A stretch of 64,000 nt of DNA from Flavobacteriales bacterium (GTDB lineage: Bacteria > Bacteroidota > Bacteroidia > Flavobacteriales_F > PHOS-HE28), in NCBI GenBank assembly GCA_016713865.1, contig JADJOG010000002.1, forward strand, positions 126,629 to 190,628. The letters are read 5' to 3'. Of this stretch, positions 18,279-29,437 are shown in pieces. The notes under the pieces were generated by a model. That model searched no databases. It saw nothing but the letters and a program-made list of their open reading frames with translations, and was not told where the DNA came from. Each line of letters opens with the position of its first letter. Within the stretch, counting starts at the first letter, position 1. The translations under genes were made by a program, and so were the position numbers.

Positions 18279-19033
18279 TCACGGTAGAGGGACTCGGCAA
18301 GCGCTTCGGCGACACGCAGGTGCTTTCTGGCATCGATGCGGTTTTCCAGAAAGGCAAGGTGAACCAGATCATCGGGCGCAGCGGCTCGGGCAAGAGCGTG
18401 CTGGCCAAGTGCATGGTGGGCCTGCATAAGCCCGAAGAGGGCCGCGTGCTTTATGAAGGGCGCTCCTTCCATGAGATAGATTTCGACGAGCGCCGGCAAG
18501 TGAGGCAGCGCATCGGCATGCTCTTCCAGGGTTCGGCATTGTTCGATAGCCTGAACGTGCTGGAGAACGTCATGTTCCCCTTGCGCATGTTCGGTGCCAT
18601 GCCCAAGGACGAGATGCAGGATCGCGCGCACGAATGCCTCAAGCGCGTGCGTATCGTGGACAAGGACCTGCTCTTCCCGGCCGAGCTAAGTGGCGGCATG
18701 CAGAAGCGCGTGGGTATCGCGCGGGCCATCGCCATGGAGCCGCAATACCTTTTCTGCGATGAGCCCAACAGCGGCCTCGACCCGCAAACCGCCATCGTGA
18801 TCGATGACCTGATCAAGGTGATCACCGAGGAATTGCAGACCACCACGGTCGTGATCACGCACGATATGAACAGCGTGATGGAGACCGGAGAGCACATCCT
18901 CTTCATCCATCAGGGCCGTAAGTGGTGGGAGGGCGACCGCGACGCATTGCTCCACAGCGGGAATCAGGAGCTGAACGAATTCGTTTTCGCCGGCAGCCTC
19001 ATGCGTCAGGTGAAGAAGGCCATGGGCGGTTGA
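18275..19033 (+). CDS. mlaF: ABC transporter ATP-binding protein (MlaF-like)
   Basis: ATGA overlap with mlaE. Walker A GRSGSGKS, signature LSGGMQKRV, Walker B LFCDEP. 252 aa. Confidence 0.85.
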   Translation: MITVEGLGKRFGDTQVLSGIDAVFQKGKVNQIIGRSGSGKSVLAKCMVGLHKPEEGRVLYEGRSFHEIDFDERRQVRQRIGMLFQGSALFDSLNVLENVMFPLRMFGAMPKDEMQDRAHECLKRVRIVDKDLLFPAELSGGMQKRVGIARAIAMEPQYLFCDEPNSGLDPQTAIVIDDLIKVITEELQTTTVVITHDMNSVMETGEHILFIHQGRKWWEGDRDALLHSGNQELNEFVFAGSLMRQVKKAMGG

Positions 19034-19053
19034 TCGTTTCATGGGCACAAGAA

Positions 19054-19089
19054 GAACGAAGCCCCCGGCGATCACCGGGGGCTTCGTTC
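19054..19089. terminator. bidirectional rho-independent-type terminator hairpin
   Basis: Perfect 15-bp stem gaacgaagcccccgg / ccgggggcttcgttc with a 6-nt loop, between convergent genes ending at 19033 and 19105. Confidence 0.75.
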
Positions 19090-19104
19090 ATGCAAGGGGT
19101 CCGA

Positions 19105-20965
19105 TCACTCGAGCACCACACGCTGCACGCCGGTGCGCAGGCCATTGCCTACCCGCACCATGTACACGCCTTTGGCCAAGCCGCTGAGGTCAAGGGTGGC
19201 GTTCCCGCTCGTGCGCTCCTCCATCACGCGCTCGCCCAACAAGCTGAGCACCTCGATGCGATAATTGCCAACAGCTTCGGCGCTGAACTGGATCAGGCCT
19301 GTGGTGGGGTTGGGTGAGAGGCTCACGCCTTGAGCAACGAGCTCAGGCACCGAGACCAGCGGCTGCATGGCAGCTCGTATAGCGAAGCCATTGCCGTTGC
19401 TGTAGATCCGCGAATCGCTGGGCAGATAGATGGCGCTGGTCAGGCCTGGTTGAGCAACCGTGAGGTCGTCAACCACGCGGATGGTGTTCACGCCGCCATT
19501 GCTGAAAAGCTTCACGCCGAAGTAGTATGCGTTTGCTGATAGATTCTGCGGCACATCGAAGGAGACCACCACCTTGCCCGCTGCAACGTCTGCGGCGGTG
19601 ATGTCGATCACGTCGGTCTCGTAGAGCGGTGGCAGCAGGTCGAAGGTCTCCGTGGTCGTGGTGTCGTAGATGGCGCAGATCACGTAGCTGTTCTCAACGG
19701 TGTTGGAGGTGATCAGGAACTCCAGCCCATAGACGGTTTGCGGAACGCGGAAGGGGTATTGGTTAAGCACGATCACGCCGTCCGCATCATCGGTGAAGCT
19801 GTTGGTGCCGATGGAGGAGAGGGTCTGGTAGCCCGGCGGGTGGTTGCCGATGCCATCGACGGTGTACCAGCTCGGTGTCACCTCGAAGTTGCGCAGGTAT
19901 GTATTGTTCCCGGCATCTTCCTCTTGGTCGGTTTCCGATGCCGTAACGGTGAAGTTGCCTTGATAGAGCCCAGCGCTCAGCGCTCCGCCATTGGGCAGGT
20001 TAACGCTCTGGTCCATGGTCGCCCCACCAGCCGATGCCAGATTCACGCTGTTGCCCGATGCGCTGAAGCCGCTTGGGCCGTTCACGTTCATCAGGACTTG
20101 GCAATTGGTCATGGCATTCACGCCGAAGTTGAGGAAGTCGCCGCCCACGCGCATGGTCGTTTGCAGATGCTGCGGCGGAATGCGGCCGTATTCTTCGCCA
20201 TTGCCGGTGTGCGAGAGGAAGCCGTTCTCCATGATCAGTTCATAGGCAGGTTGTTCCAGCAGCTTCACATCATCCACGAACCAACTGTATCCCCATTCCC
20301 CGCTCCAGTAGAAGCGGATCCAGACCTGCGGCTGATTGCCTGCGGCATCGCTGATATTGATGCGCACCTGCGTAGGGTTCTGTATCACCTCCTGAACGGC
20401 CATGCCGGGAAAAACCTCATAAACGCCCGGAATAGGGCCGCCACTGAGGCTGGTCGGTTCCAGTACCGTCCAGTCGGTATTGTTGGTGCTCACCACGATG
20501 TAGATGTTCTCGTTCGTCCACTTGCGGTAGAAGGTCTGGAACTCAAGCACCACGTTCGCGTATCCGGTGGTATTGATCGGCGCCGAGGTGGTCGTGGCTC
20601 TTCTCGGTGAGCCCTGTGTTGTTGTTGAATCCATCGCTGTCGAGCATGGCATAACCGTTCGCCTGGCTGGGGCTGTTCACCGGTTGCGTGGGGTAATCGC
20701 CAGAGTTGGTGAGGCCTGGCCCGATCTGCCAGTTCAGGGCAAGCGAGCCGTCGTATGCGAGGGTCCAGTTCGTGGGCACCGAGAAGTCATCCTCCCAGAT
20801 CACTGTTGAGCGTGCGCCGTTTTGGGCAGGCCCGACCGGGATGGTCTCATCAACGGTTGGTTTCATCGGAACCAGCGCATGGGCCTGGGCCCTCTTCGTC
20901 TGCGCCGAAGCGCTATGGACAAGAAGCCCAGATGCCACAAGGAGCAAAGGGTACAGTCGTTTCAT
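19105..20965 (-). pseudogene. T9SS cargo protein, paralog 1 (choice-of-anchor/MAM-like N-domain, Ig-like repeats, C-terminal sorting domain), one frame break
   Basis: Signal peptide MKRLYPLLLVASGLLVHSASAQ (ATG at 20965) is in ORF 20543..21016; the rest is in ORF 19105..20652. The join is near 20598 (LTEKS|TTTSAPINTTGYANVVLEF). CTD-like end GVYMVRVGNGLRTGVQRVVLE. Span length is 3n+1. Confidence 0.7.
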
Positions 20966-21060
20966 TGGTTTGTGGTTTAGAAGGGTTGGCGTCACGCAAA
21001 TCAAACCATCCATCACCCTAAATCCAAGCCCCTGCTTCAGACTTCCAGTGTGCAGAATGA

Positions 21061-21092
21061 AAGGAGCCCCGGCCTTTCGACCGGGGCTCCTT
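21061..21092 (-). terminator. terminator hairpin after cargo paralog 2
   Basis: Perfect 12-bp stem aaggagccccgg / ccggggctcctt with an 8-nt loop, 19 nt downstream of the stop at 21111. Confidence 0.65.
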
Positions 21093-21110
21093 AAAGACCG
21101 ATGGAGAATC

Positions 21111-22985
21111 TTACTCGACCACGAAGCGCTGGGTGGTGCTGCCTTCGGTGGAGGAGACGCGCACAGAATAAACGCCTTTAGCGTAGGCCGCGAGGCTCAA
21201 TTGGGTGCTGCCCGTGGCGCGTGTGCTATGCACGGTTTGGCCCAGAAGGTCTATCACCTCGACGCTGTATGCTCCAGCCTTGTCGGTGGCGATGGCGACC
21301 ATGTTGTTCGCTGGATTGTAGCTCATGCGCACTCCTTCGAGCCCTGCGAGATCACCAACGCCAACGTTGCACGGAGCAGCGGGCGACAGCAGCAAACGAA
21401 TGTGGAAGGCGTTGCCATTGCTGTAAACATCATCGTTGGGGATGTAGATAGCGCTGGTGATGCCGGGCTGGGGTACGGTAAGGTCATCAACCACGCGGAT
21501 GTGATTCGCAGCCGAGTTGCTGAAGAGAGTAGCGCTGGCGAAATAGCCATTCGGCTGAAGCACGACCGGATTCGGGAAGCAGATGCGGGCGAACCCAGCC
21601 GTAACCATGCCAGCAGTCACATCAACGATGTCGCTTTCCGCGATCACCTGAGTCATGTTGGGCACGGTTTCGAAAACCGGTGTCGTGTCGCGCAGGCTGA
21701 CAATCATCGCGCCGCCTGGGACCGTTGTGCTGCCAAGGCCGACCTCGATGCCATAAACCGTGGCGGGTTGGCGCATCTGATAATAGTTCAGCAGGATCAG
21801 GCCATCGTTACCGGCAGTGAAGCTTGCGGTTCCCAGAGTGGAGAGCGACTGAAGCGCGGTTGGGTGATTGCCAATGCCATCGAGGCTATACACGGTGTTG
21901 TTCACCTCGAAATTACGCAGGTACTGGTCATTCGTGGGTACTTGGTCCGGGGCGTCAGCGCTCACGGTGGTGGTGCCATTGTACACGCCCTGCGCCAACG
22001 TGGGCAGCGCGAATGCTTGGTCGATCGTCGCGCTCGTGCCCGGTGCAACGGTGCCGCCATTGATCGTTGTGCTGAAAGGGGTCGGACCGGTCACGTTCAC
22101 GTTCACCGTCACGTTCGTTTGCTCAGCGGCGCCGTTATTGGTCACATCAGCCCCAACGAGCATTGTCGAGTATAGTTGGTCAGCCGGAATACGACCATAC
22201 TCCTCGCCAGCTCCCGTGTGGGAGAAGAAGGCATAGTCGTTCTTCATGTCGTTGTCGTAAAGCTCAATCAGCTGCACATCGTCGATCTGCCAGTGGTAAG
22301 CGGCGGCGGTCGGGTTGTGCTTGAAGCGGAATTTCACGTTCGCAGGGTTTGCTGCGATGGCAGCAGTAAGCATCAATTGGCGTGTCTGTGTTCCTGGGTC
22401 CTGATTGGTGCTGATGCCAGTGGCCGCTTGGAGTACAGTGGGCCACGTAGCGCCACCATCGGTGCTCACCTCGACTGCATGCGGCGAAGTGGCTTGGCAG
22501 CACCAGCGCAGGCGCTGGCTCCATTGGAGCATCACGCTAGGCGTGGCGCTAAGGTCGAGCACAGGTGATTCCAGCGCGCCTTCCCATTCGGTGGGGGTGG
22601 CTGGCCAATTCGCTGCGCCACTGGAGCAATTGCAATTGGCTGAATCACTCAAGAAGGCCATGAAGCCGTTGGCAGGGGCAGGCTGAGCGATGATCTGCGT
22701 GGCCTGCGTGAAGGCGCCGACCGGACCGGTTGTCCGCCGCATCCAGATGTTGCCATTCGGTCCGCTGGTGGTCCAGGCACCGAAGCCGTTATTACCCGCG
22801 AATCCATTCGCGAAATTCTCCGAGAACACCACGTCGCCACCATCGCGCAGGGTGCCTTGCGGTGGTGCTTGCTGCGCTTCGTTCTCATCGGCGAATTGCA
22901 GGGCATCGCGCAGGGGGCGGCCGCTTTGCGCGAAGCTGGTTCCAGCCACCAGCAGGGCAGTCATTAGAAGGTACCGTCGGTTCAT
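21111..22985 (-). CDS. T9SS cargo protein, paralog 2
   Basis: 624 aa. Signal peptide MNRRYLLMTALLVAGTSFAQ. Shares blocks with paralog 1 (SHTGAGEEYGRIP, IRVVDDLTVPQPG, TSAIY). CTD-like end GVYSVRVSSTEGSTTQRFVVE. Confidence 0.8.
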   Translation of the reverse strand: MNRRYLLMTALLVAGTSFAQSGRPLRDALQFADENEAQQAPPQGTLRDGGDVVFSENFANGFAGNNGFGAWTTSGPNGNIWMRRTTGPVGAFTQATQIIAQPAPANGFMAFLSDSANCNCSSGAANWPATPTEWEGALESPVLDLSATPSVMLQWSQRLRWCCQATSPHAVEVSTDGGATWPTVLQAATGISTNQDPGTQTRQLMLTAAIAANPANVKFRFKHNPTAAAYHWQIDDVQLIELYDNDMKNDYAFFSHTGAGEEYGRIPADQLYSTMLVGADVTNNGAAEQTNVTVNVNVTGPTPFSTTINGGTVAPGTSATIDQAFALPTLAQGVYNGTTTVSADAPDQVPTNDQYLRNFEVNNTVYSLDGIGNHPTALQSLSTLGTASFTAGNDGLILLNYYQMRQPATVYGIEVGLGSTTVPGGAMIVSLRDTTPVFETVPNMTQVIAESDIVDVTAGMVTAGFARICFPNPVVLQPNGYFASATLFSNSAANHIRVVDDLTVPQPGITSAIYIPNDDVYSNGNAFHIRLLLSPAAPCNVGVGDLAGLEGVRMSYNPANNMVAIATDKAGAYSVEVIDLLGQTVHSTRATGSTQLSLAAYAKGVYSVRVSSTEGSTTQRFVVE

Positions 22986-23137
22986 GTTGTGTTGGGTTTT
23001 CGTTTTCTCGGGGGCACGAATCTAGGGCTTGCTCCCTACAGGACAAACCAACAACTGTTACCGTTGCCCCGCACCATCTGTCACTTCATGAAAGGGGCGA
23101 CCGGGCAGGATAACGGTCTGGCAGAAGCTCTGAGGCG

Positions 23138-24907
23138 CTAGCGGGCTACAATCAACCTGGTCGACCATCGTTCCGCCGAGCCAGCCAATTCGATCTTGTA
23201 CGCTCCAGGGGCCAGATGGCCAGTTTCGAAGGCGATCAAATGGGTGCCGCTCGGGTAGGGTACCAGTTGTTTCGCATCCACCAATCGTCCAGCCGAATCG
23301 TGGATGCGAAGAACCAGTGGCCCCGTATCCCCAAGCGACTCGAACCGGATTTGTCCAGCGTCCTGCATGGGCTGCGGGAAAACCTGCAAGCCTCCGAACT
23401 CTAGTGGCCTGGCCTCGGGGACGGCTACGCCATAGTCGTTCAGATGCAGCCTCACCATCGGAATCGCCTCGCTCCAAGTGATGTCGAAACTGCTGCCAGT
23501 CATGATTGCAGCGCTGCCAGGGGCGCAGTTCCCACTGGTAGCAACAGCTACGAAGCCTTCGCCAGAAAGGCGCTGCAAGCCAGCGAAATAGTCGCCTGGC
23601 GCAAGGCTCGGAGTCGTATTGAAGGTCAGGTAGATGGGTGCTCCGCCCCAAGCCAAGTCGATATCCTCCTCCGTGATCGCCCGGCGTAGTGAAGTGTCCA
23701 CGAAGGTGAAGTTCGCATCGAACAGGATCGCCCTTACGAACTGACCGACTTGTGATTCAGTGCCCAGCACCGCGCTCAGGCCTCGGGCATTGCTGCCTGT
23801 TTGCGTGATCTCCATCCGGTTCGCCGCAATGAAGCTGCCCTCCGAACCGTAGCTGCCTTGAACGATACCAGCGTCGAGTGCCATGGCTCCATAACCATCG
23901 TCCCAGCCGGGGCCGGTCATCGTCATCACCACCACTCCGATGTTGTCTGTTGCATCGTCTTCACCCGTGGGCGAGGTAGCCGTTGCTGTGTAAGTGACCT
24001 CACCCAGCGCATCGGGCGCCCAGCTGGTCTGTACCACAACGGTGGCGCGTTCGCCGCTGTTGATGGAGTCGAGTGTCGCGACGTAGGGACCGTGATCCAC
24101 GCCGTTCTGCGAAGCGATCACGCTTATGGCCACATCGTAGAGCCGCGCCATGCCCACATTGTGAAGACCCACACTCACGGCCATGGCGCGCGATTGCTCC
24201 AGCGGAAGCATGCGGTAACCCAGGCCATTCGTTCCGGGTGAGAAAGGCGAGGCGTTGGCATCGCCCATGCGCGCACCGGTCACCGCGAGGTCGTGATTCA
24301 AGCGCTCGCGGATGCAGATGTCGTCGATGGCGAAGCCGCTGGCCCAATTCGCGCTGTCGCTCCATTGGAAACGCAAGCGCAAATCGCTGATGCCGCCGAG
24401 CAGCGATAGGTTGCAGGTGAGCTGCTGCCAGTCGGCGCCCGAAGGAATCATCTCGAAGAGAATCCATTCGCCGGCATTCGCGCTGAAGTCGATGCGGGCT
24501 TCGCCGCCGCCAAGCGCACGGGTATGGAACACGCGCAGATCGAGGGCGATGTTGAAGTGGCCGCTGAGGTCGATGCTGGGTGTTGCGAGCACGGCTGAAT
24601 CGAGGTCGCAATTGCACGGCGGGGCATCATCATTCGCCATGGCGAAGCGATTGCCAACCGGCATATCCGGCACCGGGAAGAAGCCGCCAGCATTGGCATC
24701 GCTCGCTGTTCCGGCAGTGAATGCGGGCACGAATTCGCCAAGGCCGACACCAGCCGATGTCTGCCGTTCAACTTGATTGGTGGTCCAACCTGCAGGAATG
24801 CCCTGCTCGAAATCCTCACCCCACAAGCAAGTCGATAGGCGCGATTGCGCAGCTGCGGTTTGCCCCAGCAGCAATGCCGCGAAGGGCAGAAGGATCAGGT
24901 TCCGCAT
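23138..24907 (-). CDS. T9SS cargo protein, paralog 3 (more divergent)
   Basis: ATG at 24907 (MRNLILLPFAALLLGQTAAAQS). Similar N-domain with a CNC motif (DDAPPCNCDLDSAVLATPSIDLS). CTD-like end GAYKIELAGSAERWSTRLIVAR. 589 aa. Confidence 0.75.
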   Translation of the reverse strand: MRNLILLPFAALLLGQTAAAQSRLSTCLWGEDFEQGIPAGWTTNQVERQTSAGVGLGEFVPAFTAGTASDANAGGFFPVPDMPVGNRFAMANDDAPPCNCDLDSAVLATPSIDLSGHFNIALDLRVFHTRALGGGEARIDFSANAGEWILFEMIPSGADWQQLTCNLSLLGGISDLRLRFQWSDSANWASGFAIDDICIRERLNHDLAVTGARMGDANASPFSPGTNGLGYRMLPLEQSRAMAVSVGLHNVGMARLYDVAISVIASQNGVDHGPYVATLDSINSGERATVVVQTSWAPDALGEVTYTATATSPTGEDDATDNIGVVVMTMTGPGWDDGYGAMALDAGIVQGSYGSEGSFIAANRMEITQTGSNARGLSAVLGTESQVGQFVRAILFDANFTFVDTSLRRAITEEDIDLAWGGAPIYLTFNTTPSLAPGDYFAGLQRLSGEGFVAVATSGNCAPGSAAIMTGSSFDITWSEAIPMVRLHLNDYGVAVPEARPLEFGGLQVFPQPMQDAGQIRFESLGDTGPLVLRIHDSAGRLVDAKQLVPYPSGTHLIAFETGHLAPGAYKIELAGSAERWSTRLIVAR

Positions 24908-27792
24908 CAGGCTTCCACGGTCATGTATTCCTCGATCGGCGGGCAAGTGCAGATCAGGTTGCGGTCGCCGAAGGCATTGTCAACGCGGCTAACGGTGGGC
25001 CAGTATTTCCACTCGCGGTTGACATTGGCCGGGAAGGCCGCTTGCTCGCGCGAGTAGAGGTGGCTCCACTCGTTGGCGCATACTTCTTCACTGGTGTGCG
25101 GCGCGTTCTTCAGCACGTTATCAACCTTGTCGGCCTTGCCTTGCTCAATGGCGGCGATCTCCTGCCGGATGCTGATCATGGCCTCGACGAAACGATCCAG
25201 TTCGGCCTTGCTCTCGCTCTCGGTGGGTTCCACCATCAGCGTCTCGGCCACCGGGAAGCTCACCGTGGGCGCGTGGAATCCGTAGTCCATCAGGCGCTTG
25301 GCCACATCGCTCACATCCACGCCGGCCGCGCGCTTGAAGTCGCGGCAATCGAGGATCATCTCGTGCGCCACCATGCCCTCGCTGCCCACATAGAGGATCG
25401 GGTAGTGCTTCTCGAGTTTCGCGCGGAGGTAGTTGGCATTGAGGATGGCGTAACGCGTGGCATCCGTAAGGCCCTCGCCACCGAGCATCTTGATGTAGCC
25501 GTAGCTGATCAGCAGGATGAGCGAGCTGCCCCAGGGCGCGGCGCTCACGGCAGGAACAGCTTGTTCTCCGCCGGTCTTGATTATTGGGTGACCGGGCAGG
25601 AAGGGCTTCAGCTTGTCGTTCACGCAAATGGGACCCATGCCGGGGCCGCCGCCGCCGTGCGGAATGGCAAATGTTTTGTGCAGGTTCAGGTGGCACACAT
25701 CGGCGCCAATCTCGCCGGGACTGGTGAGGCCCACTTGCGCATTCATGTTGGCGCCATCCATGTAAACGAGGCCGCCATTCGCGTGAATGGTGCTGGTGAT
25801 ATCCTTGATGCTCTCCTCATACACCCCGTGCGTGCTCGGGTAGGTCACCATCAAGCAGCTCAGCGTGTCCTTGTATTGTTCGGCCTTCGCTTTCAGGTCG
25901 GCCACATCCACATGGCCTTCGCCATCGGCCTTCACCACCACCACCTGCATGCCGGCCATCACGGCGCTGGCCGGATTGGTGCCGTGCGCGCTGCTGGGGA
26001 TCAAAGCGATGTTGCGCTTGCTGTCGCCGCGTGATTCGTGGTAGGCGCGGATCACGAGCAGGCCCGCGTATTCGCCCTGTGCGCCGCTGTTGGGTTGAAG
26101 CGAAACAGCGGTGAAGCCCGTGGCCTTGGCGAGTTGCTCACTCAATTCCGCGAACACCTGCTGGTAGCCCTGCACCTGTTCCACCGGAGCGAAGGGATGG
26201 ATGTAGGCCCACTCCGGTCGCGTTATCGGCCACAGGGTCGCGGCGGCATTCAGCTTCATGGTGCATGAGCCGAGCGGGATCATGCCGTGGACGAGCGAGA
26301 AATCCTTGTTCTCCAAGCGCTTCATGTAGCGCATGAGCTCGGTCTCGCTATGGTGCGTGTTGAAGACCGGATGCGTGAGGAAGTCGCTCTTGCGCTGCAG
26401 GTCGGCGGGCACGCTCATAGGAGCGCCGTTGCTGGCAGAACTCGGTGCCTTGGTGCCAGCGGCTTCTGCGAGCGCTGCGATCACATCGGTCACGTCCGAA
26501 GGGCGCACCGTTTCATCGAAGGTGATGCTCACGCTGCTTCCAGCCTGCGCTGAGCCAGTCGAAGCGTAGCGGAAGTTGATGCCATGCTTTTCGGAGACCT
26601 CCTTCACCTTCTTCACATCCTTCACACCGGAAAGCGTGATCGTATCGAAGTAGATCCGTTCGCCACCGTGTAGCCCATCGCCTTTGCGGTCTCAGCAACG
26701 TTGCACGTGTGCGCATGAACGTTGCGCGCGATGCGCTTCAGGCCATCGGGGCCATGATACACGGCGTACATGCCGGCCATCACGGCGAGCAGTGCCTGTG
26801 CCGTGCAGATGTTGCTGGTGGCCTTGTCGCGGCGGATATGCTGCTCGCGCGTTTGCAGCGCCATGCGCAGTCCTTGTTTGCCACGGCGGTCCTGGCTCAC
26901 GCCGATGATGCGGCCGGGAATCAAGCGTTTGTATTCGTCGCTGCAGCAGAAGAAGGCTGCGTGCGGACCACCATAGCCCATGGGCACGCCGAAGCGCTGG
27001 CTGTTGCCCACGCACACATCGGCGCCCCATTCGCCCGGAGGCGCAAGCAGCACGAGCGAGAGCAAGTCGGCGCACACTGCGGTTTTCACACCTACGGCTT
27101 TCGCCTTGATCACCAGCGAGCGGTAGTCGTTCACGCTGCCATCGATCGCCGGGTATTGCAGCGCGAGGCCGAAGTAGCCAGCGGCCGGATCGAAATCCTT
27201 TGCATCGCCCACCACCAACTCCACACCGATGGGCGCGCAACGGGTCTTCAGCACATCGATGTTCTGCGGATAGAGGCCCTTGTCGGCGAAGAACTTGTGC
27301 GCATTGTTCAGCTCCTTCGGCCGCGCCGCGTAGAGCATGTGCATGGCTTCGGCGATGGCCGTGGCTTCATCCAGGAGCGATGCGTTGGCGATGGGCAGTC
27401 CGGTGAGCTCGCTGCACATCGTCTGGAAATTCAGCAGCGCTTCCAAACGGCCCTGCGAGATCTCCGCTTGATAGGGCGTGTAGGCCGTGTACCAACCGGG
27501 ATTCTCCAGGATGTTGCGCAGGATGGGCTGCGGCACGATGGTCCCGTTGTACCCTGGCCGATGTAGCTACGGGAATTGCTTGTTGCCCCGGCCGAGGTCG
27601 CGCATGTGCTCGAGGTATTCGAGCTCGGTCATCGCCGGGCCTACATCGGAGTGCGTTCTTCGCGCGGATGCCCTTGGGCACGGTGCGGTCGATGAGTTCA
27701 TCCATTGACGATACGCCGATGGCCTTGAGCATGGCCTTGGTCTCTTCGGCGTTGGGACCAATGTGGCGCTCCTGGTAGCTGACAACGTTCAT
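24907..27792 (-). pseudogene. gcvP: glycine dehydrogenase (decarboxylating), single-chain P protein, four frame breaks
   Basis: Four fragments: 27792 to ~27650 (MNVVSYQERHIGPNAEETKAMLKAIG); ~27650 to 27567 (GPAMTELEYLEHMRDLGRGNKQF); 27536 to 26622 ([31 protein letters not shown]); and 26625 to 24907 ([17 protein letters not shown]...). Total 962 codons, which is full length. Confidence 0.9.
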
Positions 27793-27884
27793 GGGGGTGT
27801 GCTGAAAAGCGGGGCGAATATACCCGGAGCGTGGAGCGGCTTCCGGACCCGCCTGCCGATTGGTTGGTAAGCATTTGGCCACCC

Positions 27885-28533
27885 ATGATGCGGCTCCCCG
27901 ATCCTCTTGCTGGCCCTCGCCAGTCTTTCTATCAGCCGCGCGCAGCTCGAACCCTTCCGGCCCGACCGCATCCTGCTCATGAACGGGCAGATCATCGAGG
28001 CGCGGGTACTGGGCCAGAGCACCTTCGAGGTGCGCTACCTCGAGTTCGGAAAGAACAGTAAGCGGAAGGAGCGCGCCGAGCCCACCGAGAACGTGTTCAG
28101 CGTGACTGATAGTCTCGGACGCGAACGGGTGTGGTATTTCCACGATACGGTCTTCGGCAACGAGCTCTCGGTGCAAGAGATGCGCTGGTTCATCAAGGGC
28201 GAGCAGGATGCGCGGTCGGGCTACAAGCCTCGCATCGCGACTTGGGGCGGCTTTCTTGTGGGTGCAGGCGCCAGCATCGCCCTCAACTTAGAGGTGAATG
28301 CGCTCTTCATCCCGCCGGTATATGCAGCTGCCATGGCCCTGCTGCGCGTGCATGTGACCCGTGGCTCACTCAGCGATCCCTACTTGGAAGGCGAACCCAA
28401 CTACGCGTACGGTTATGCCAAGGTGGGGCGCAGCAGCGGGTCATCCGCAGCCTCATTAGCACGGCAGCGGGCATCGCGTGGGTGTGGGCGTGCGGCAGTT
28501 CATCATCAATCCCAACTTGGAGGGATACAACTA
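27885..28533 (+). pseudogene. hypothetical secreted/membrane protein, probably three frame breaks
   Basis: The main ORF 27907..28635 starts at a TTG. ATG at 27885 plus a frame change in the CCCC run near 27897 would give the signal peptide MMRLP.ILLLALASLSISRAQ. The 3' end seems to continue in two other frames (RVIRSLISTAAGIA, then VGVGVRQFIINPNLEGYN*), stopping at 28533 just before the next gene. No family recognised. Confidence 0.35.
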
Positions 28534-28537
28534 GGTC

Positions 28538-29392
28538 ATGCACCAGGCCATCAAGAACCCGGTACTGCGGTTCATGGTCCATGGGCATTTGGTGCTGGCG
28601 CTGGGCGCGGCCTTGCAAGTGTGGTGGATCGGTGAGCACTGGTTCGGCCAAGGCTCATGGTACAAGTCAGCGGCTGCCTTCTTCGCCACCATCGCATGCT
28701 ATGGCTACAACCGGTTGATGCGTTCGCGCGATGCGGATTTGAGTGAGGTGGCATTCTTCTATTGGTATCGGCGGCATGCCAAGCTCATGTGGGCGGTTGC
28801 GATTGCCAGCGTGGTAATCGTACTTGGATTGATCGCGCCTGAATTGCCCGTGCTGATCGAGAGGCTTGGGGTCGTTGTAATACCAGCGCTGCTGTATGTC
28901 ACGCCGCTGCGCACGAAGACTGGACATGTGATCGGCCTGCGGCATGTGCCGGGACTGAAATCGCTGCTGGTGGCGTGGGTGTGGGCGGCGGGAACGGTGC
29001 TGTTGGCTGCGGATGAGGTCACCGGATTGGACTGGTTGCTCGTGATCGTCCTGCTGAGTTTCTATTGGTCCATTGCCATTGCATTCGATCTGCGTGACGC
29101 GAGTGTTGATGCTTCGGGCCTGCGCACGTTTCCGCAGTTGTTCGGGGTGCGTGTCTCGAAGTTCATCGCCGGACTGCTGCTGATCCCTTTGGCTTATATG
29201 CTCGTTGGCATGTACGTAATCAAAGTGAATGGTGGCCGGGACTGGTCCATGCTAGTGCCACTGCTCGTGCTTCTGTTGATGGTGGTTCTCATCATCCGTT
29301 CGTCGCCGCAACGCGGCTGGTCCCATTGGCTCGTCCTCGATGGCTGCATCGCCCTGATCCCGCTGCTCGCCATCCTCGGCAGCCTATGCTGA
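28538..29392 (+). CDS. polytopic membrane protein, UbiA-prenyltransferase-like
   Basis: 284 aa with about 8 hydrophobic helices. DxxDxxxD motif (DLRDASVD) and a weaker first Asp-rich loop (NRLMRSRDAD). The family call is tentative. Confidence 0.4.
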   Translation: MHQAIKNPVLRFMVHGHLVLALGAALQVWWIGEHWFGQGSWYKSAAAFFATIACYGYNRLMRSRDADLSEVAFFYWYRRHAKLMWAVAIASVVIVLGLIAPELPVLIERLGVVVIPALLYVTPLRTKTGHVIGLRHVPGLKSLLVAWVWAAGTVLLAADEVTGLDWLLVIVLLSFYWSIAIAFDLRDASVDASGLRTFPQLFGVRVSKFIAGLLLIPLAYMLVGMYVIKVNGGRDWSMLVPLLVLLLMVVLIIRSSPQRGWSHWLVLDGCIALIPLLAILGSLC

Positions 29393-29437
29393 CGGCGCTC
29401 ATCATGCGCACCACCACCGCCGCTACTTTCGCCACCG

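Noticed and set aside
27793-27884. Glycine riboswitch upstream of gcvP.
   Set aside because: The leader is only ~90 nt. I could not find the conserved glycine-aptamer core elements or the tandem-aptamer arrangement. Only a weak TAtaTTcG -7-like box is visible.
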